A stretch of DNA of 62,860 nucleotides, filler included, from Asterionella formosa (Eukaryota): the NCBI GenBank assembly GCA_002256025.1. It is 20 parts of 20 records of this genome, joined end to end, with 100 filler letters (N's around TTAATTAATTAA, not from the genome) between each part and the next. Parts side by side here need not be neighbours in the genome. Positions count along the whole stretch, not along the records: positions 61,130 to 62,860 come from NKIB01001349.1; 19 more parts are not named here. One strand, written 5' to 3'. The first letter of the stretch is position 1. The number at the start of each line of letters is the position of its first letter. The position numbers and the translations under genes were made by a program. The notes under the pieces are model-generated. The model made no database searches, had not been told where the DNA came from, and saw only the letters and a program-made list of their open reading frames with translations. Positions 62,601 to 62,860 of this stretch are shown piece by piece.

Positions 62601-62860
62601 TTAGGGTAAGTTGATAAATGCCTACACCTATTGATTGGAATGGACCTCATAAAACGAATGAATAGACTGTGTTACATTATGCACTTCAATATACAAATAG
62701 GCTTAGTATCAATCAAACTTGCCCAGCCCTGGCAGGGTTGGGTGCCTTGATAGGCAGCACACCTAGAGGCATGCTCCCCTTACCCTCACCCTTGAAATTC
62801 CTATTACCATTCCCAATCCCAATGTCTCTCCTTTTCCCTTCCCGCACTCCCCTACTTGAT

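Overview
Eukaryotic, diatom-like sequence: AT-rich, short GT-AG introns, bipartite plastid presequences and CoDi-type copia fragments. It is not one locus. It is one 28-kb contig (1-28027) followed by 19 unrelated ~1.73-kb contigs, joined by artificial 100-nt N/TTAATTAATTAA/N linkers. Host genes: plastid DUF493 protein, EF-hand alternative oxidase, sulfotransferase, plastid MATE transporter, short-chain acyl-CoA dehydrogenase, DUF3228 protein, UVRAG/Vps38-like protein, LRR protein, PurU and an ankyrin-CbbX-like AAA+ fusion. Transposon remnants: copia, gypsy, Harbinger, pogo-like, Plavaka-like, Kolobok-like and LINE. One contig (57468-59198) is high-GC bacterial. The most interesting signal is non-coding. 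Intergenic DNA is full of short TA-CC(N0-3)GG-TA-type units that match the ends of a TA-flanked MITE found here (1500-2232, perfect 24-bp TIRs). Two paralogous-site comparisons show these units are insertions at TA, which suggests repeated transposon excision footprints building satellite-like arrays. There is also a tRNA-headed SINE-like insertion with a perfect 14-16-bp target-site duplication (15698-15940). All family assignments come from motif recognition by eye; no searches were run.
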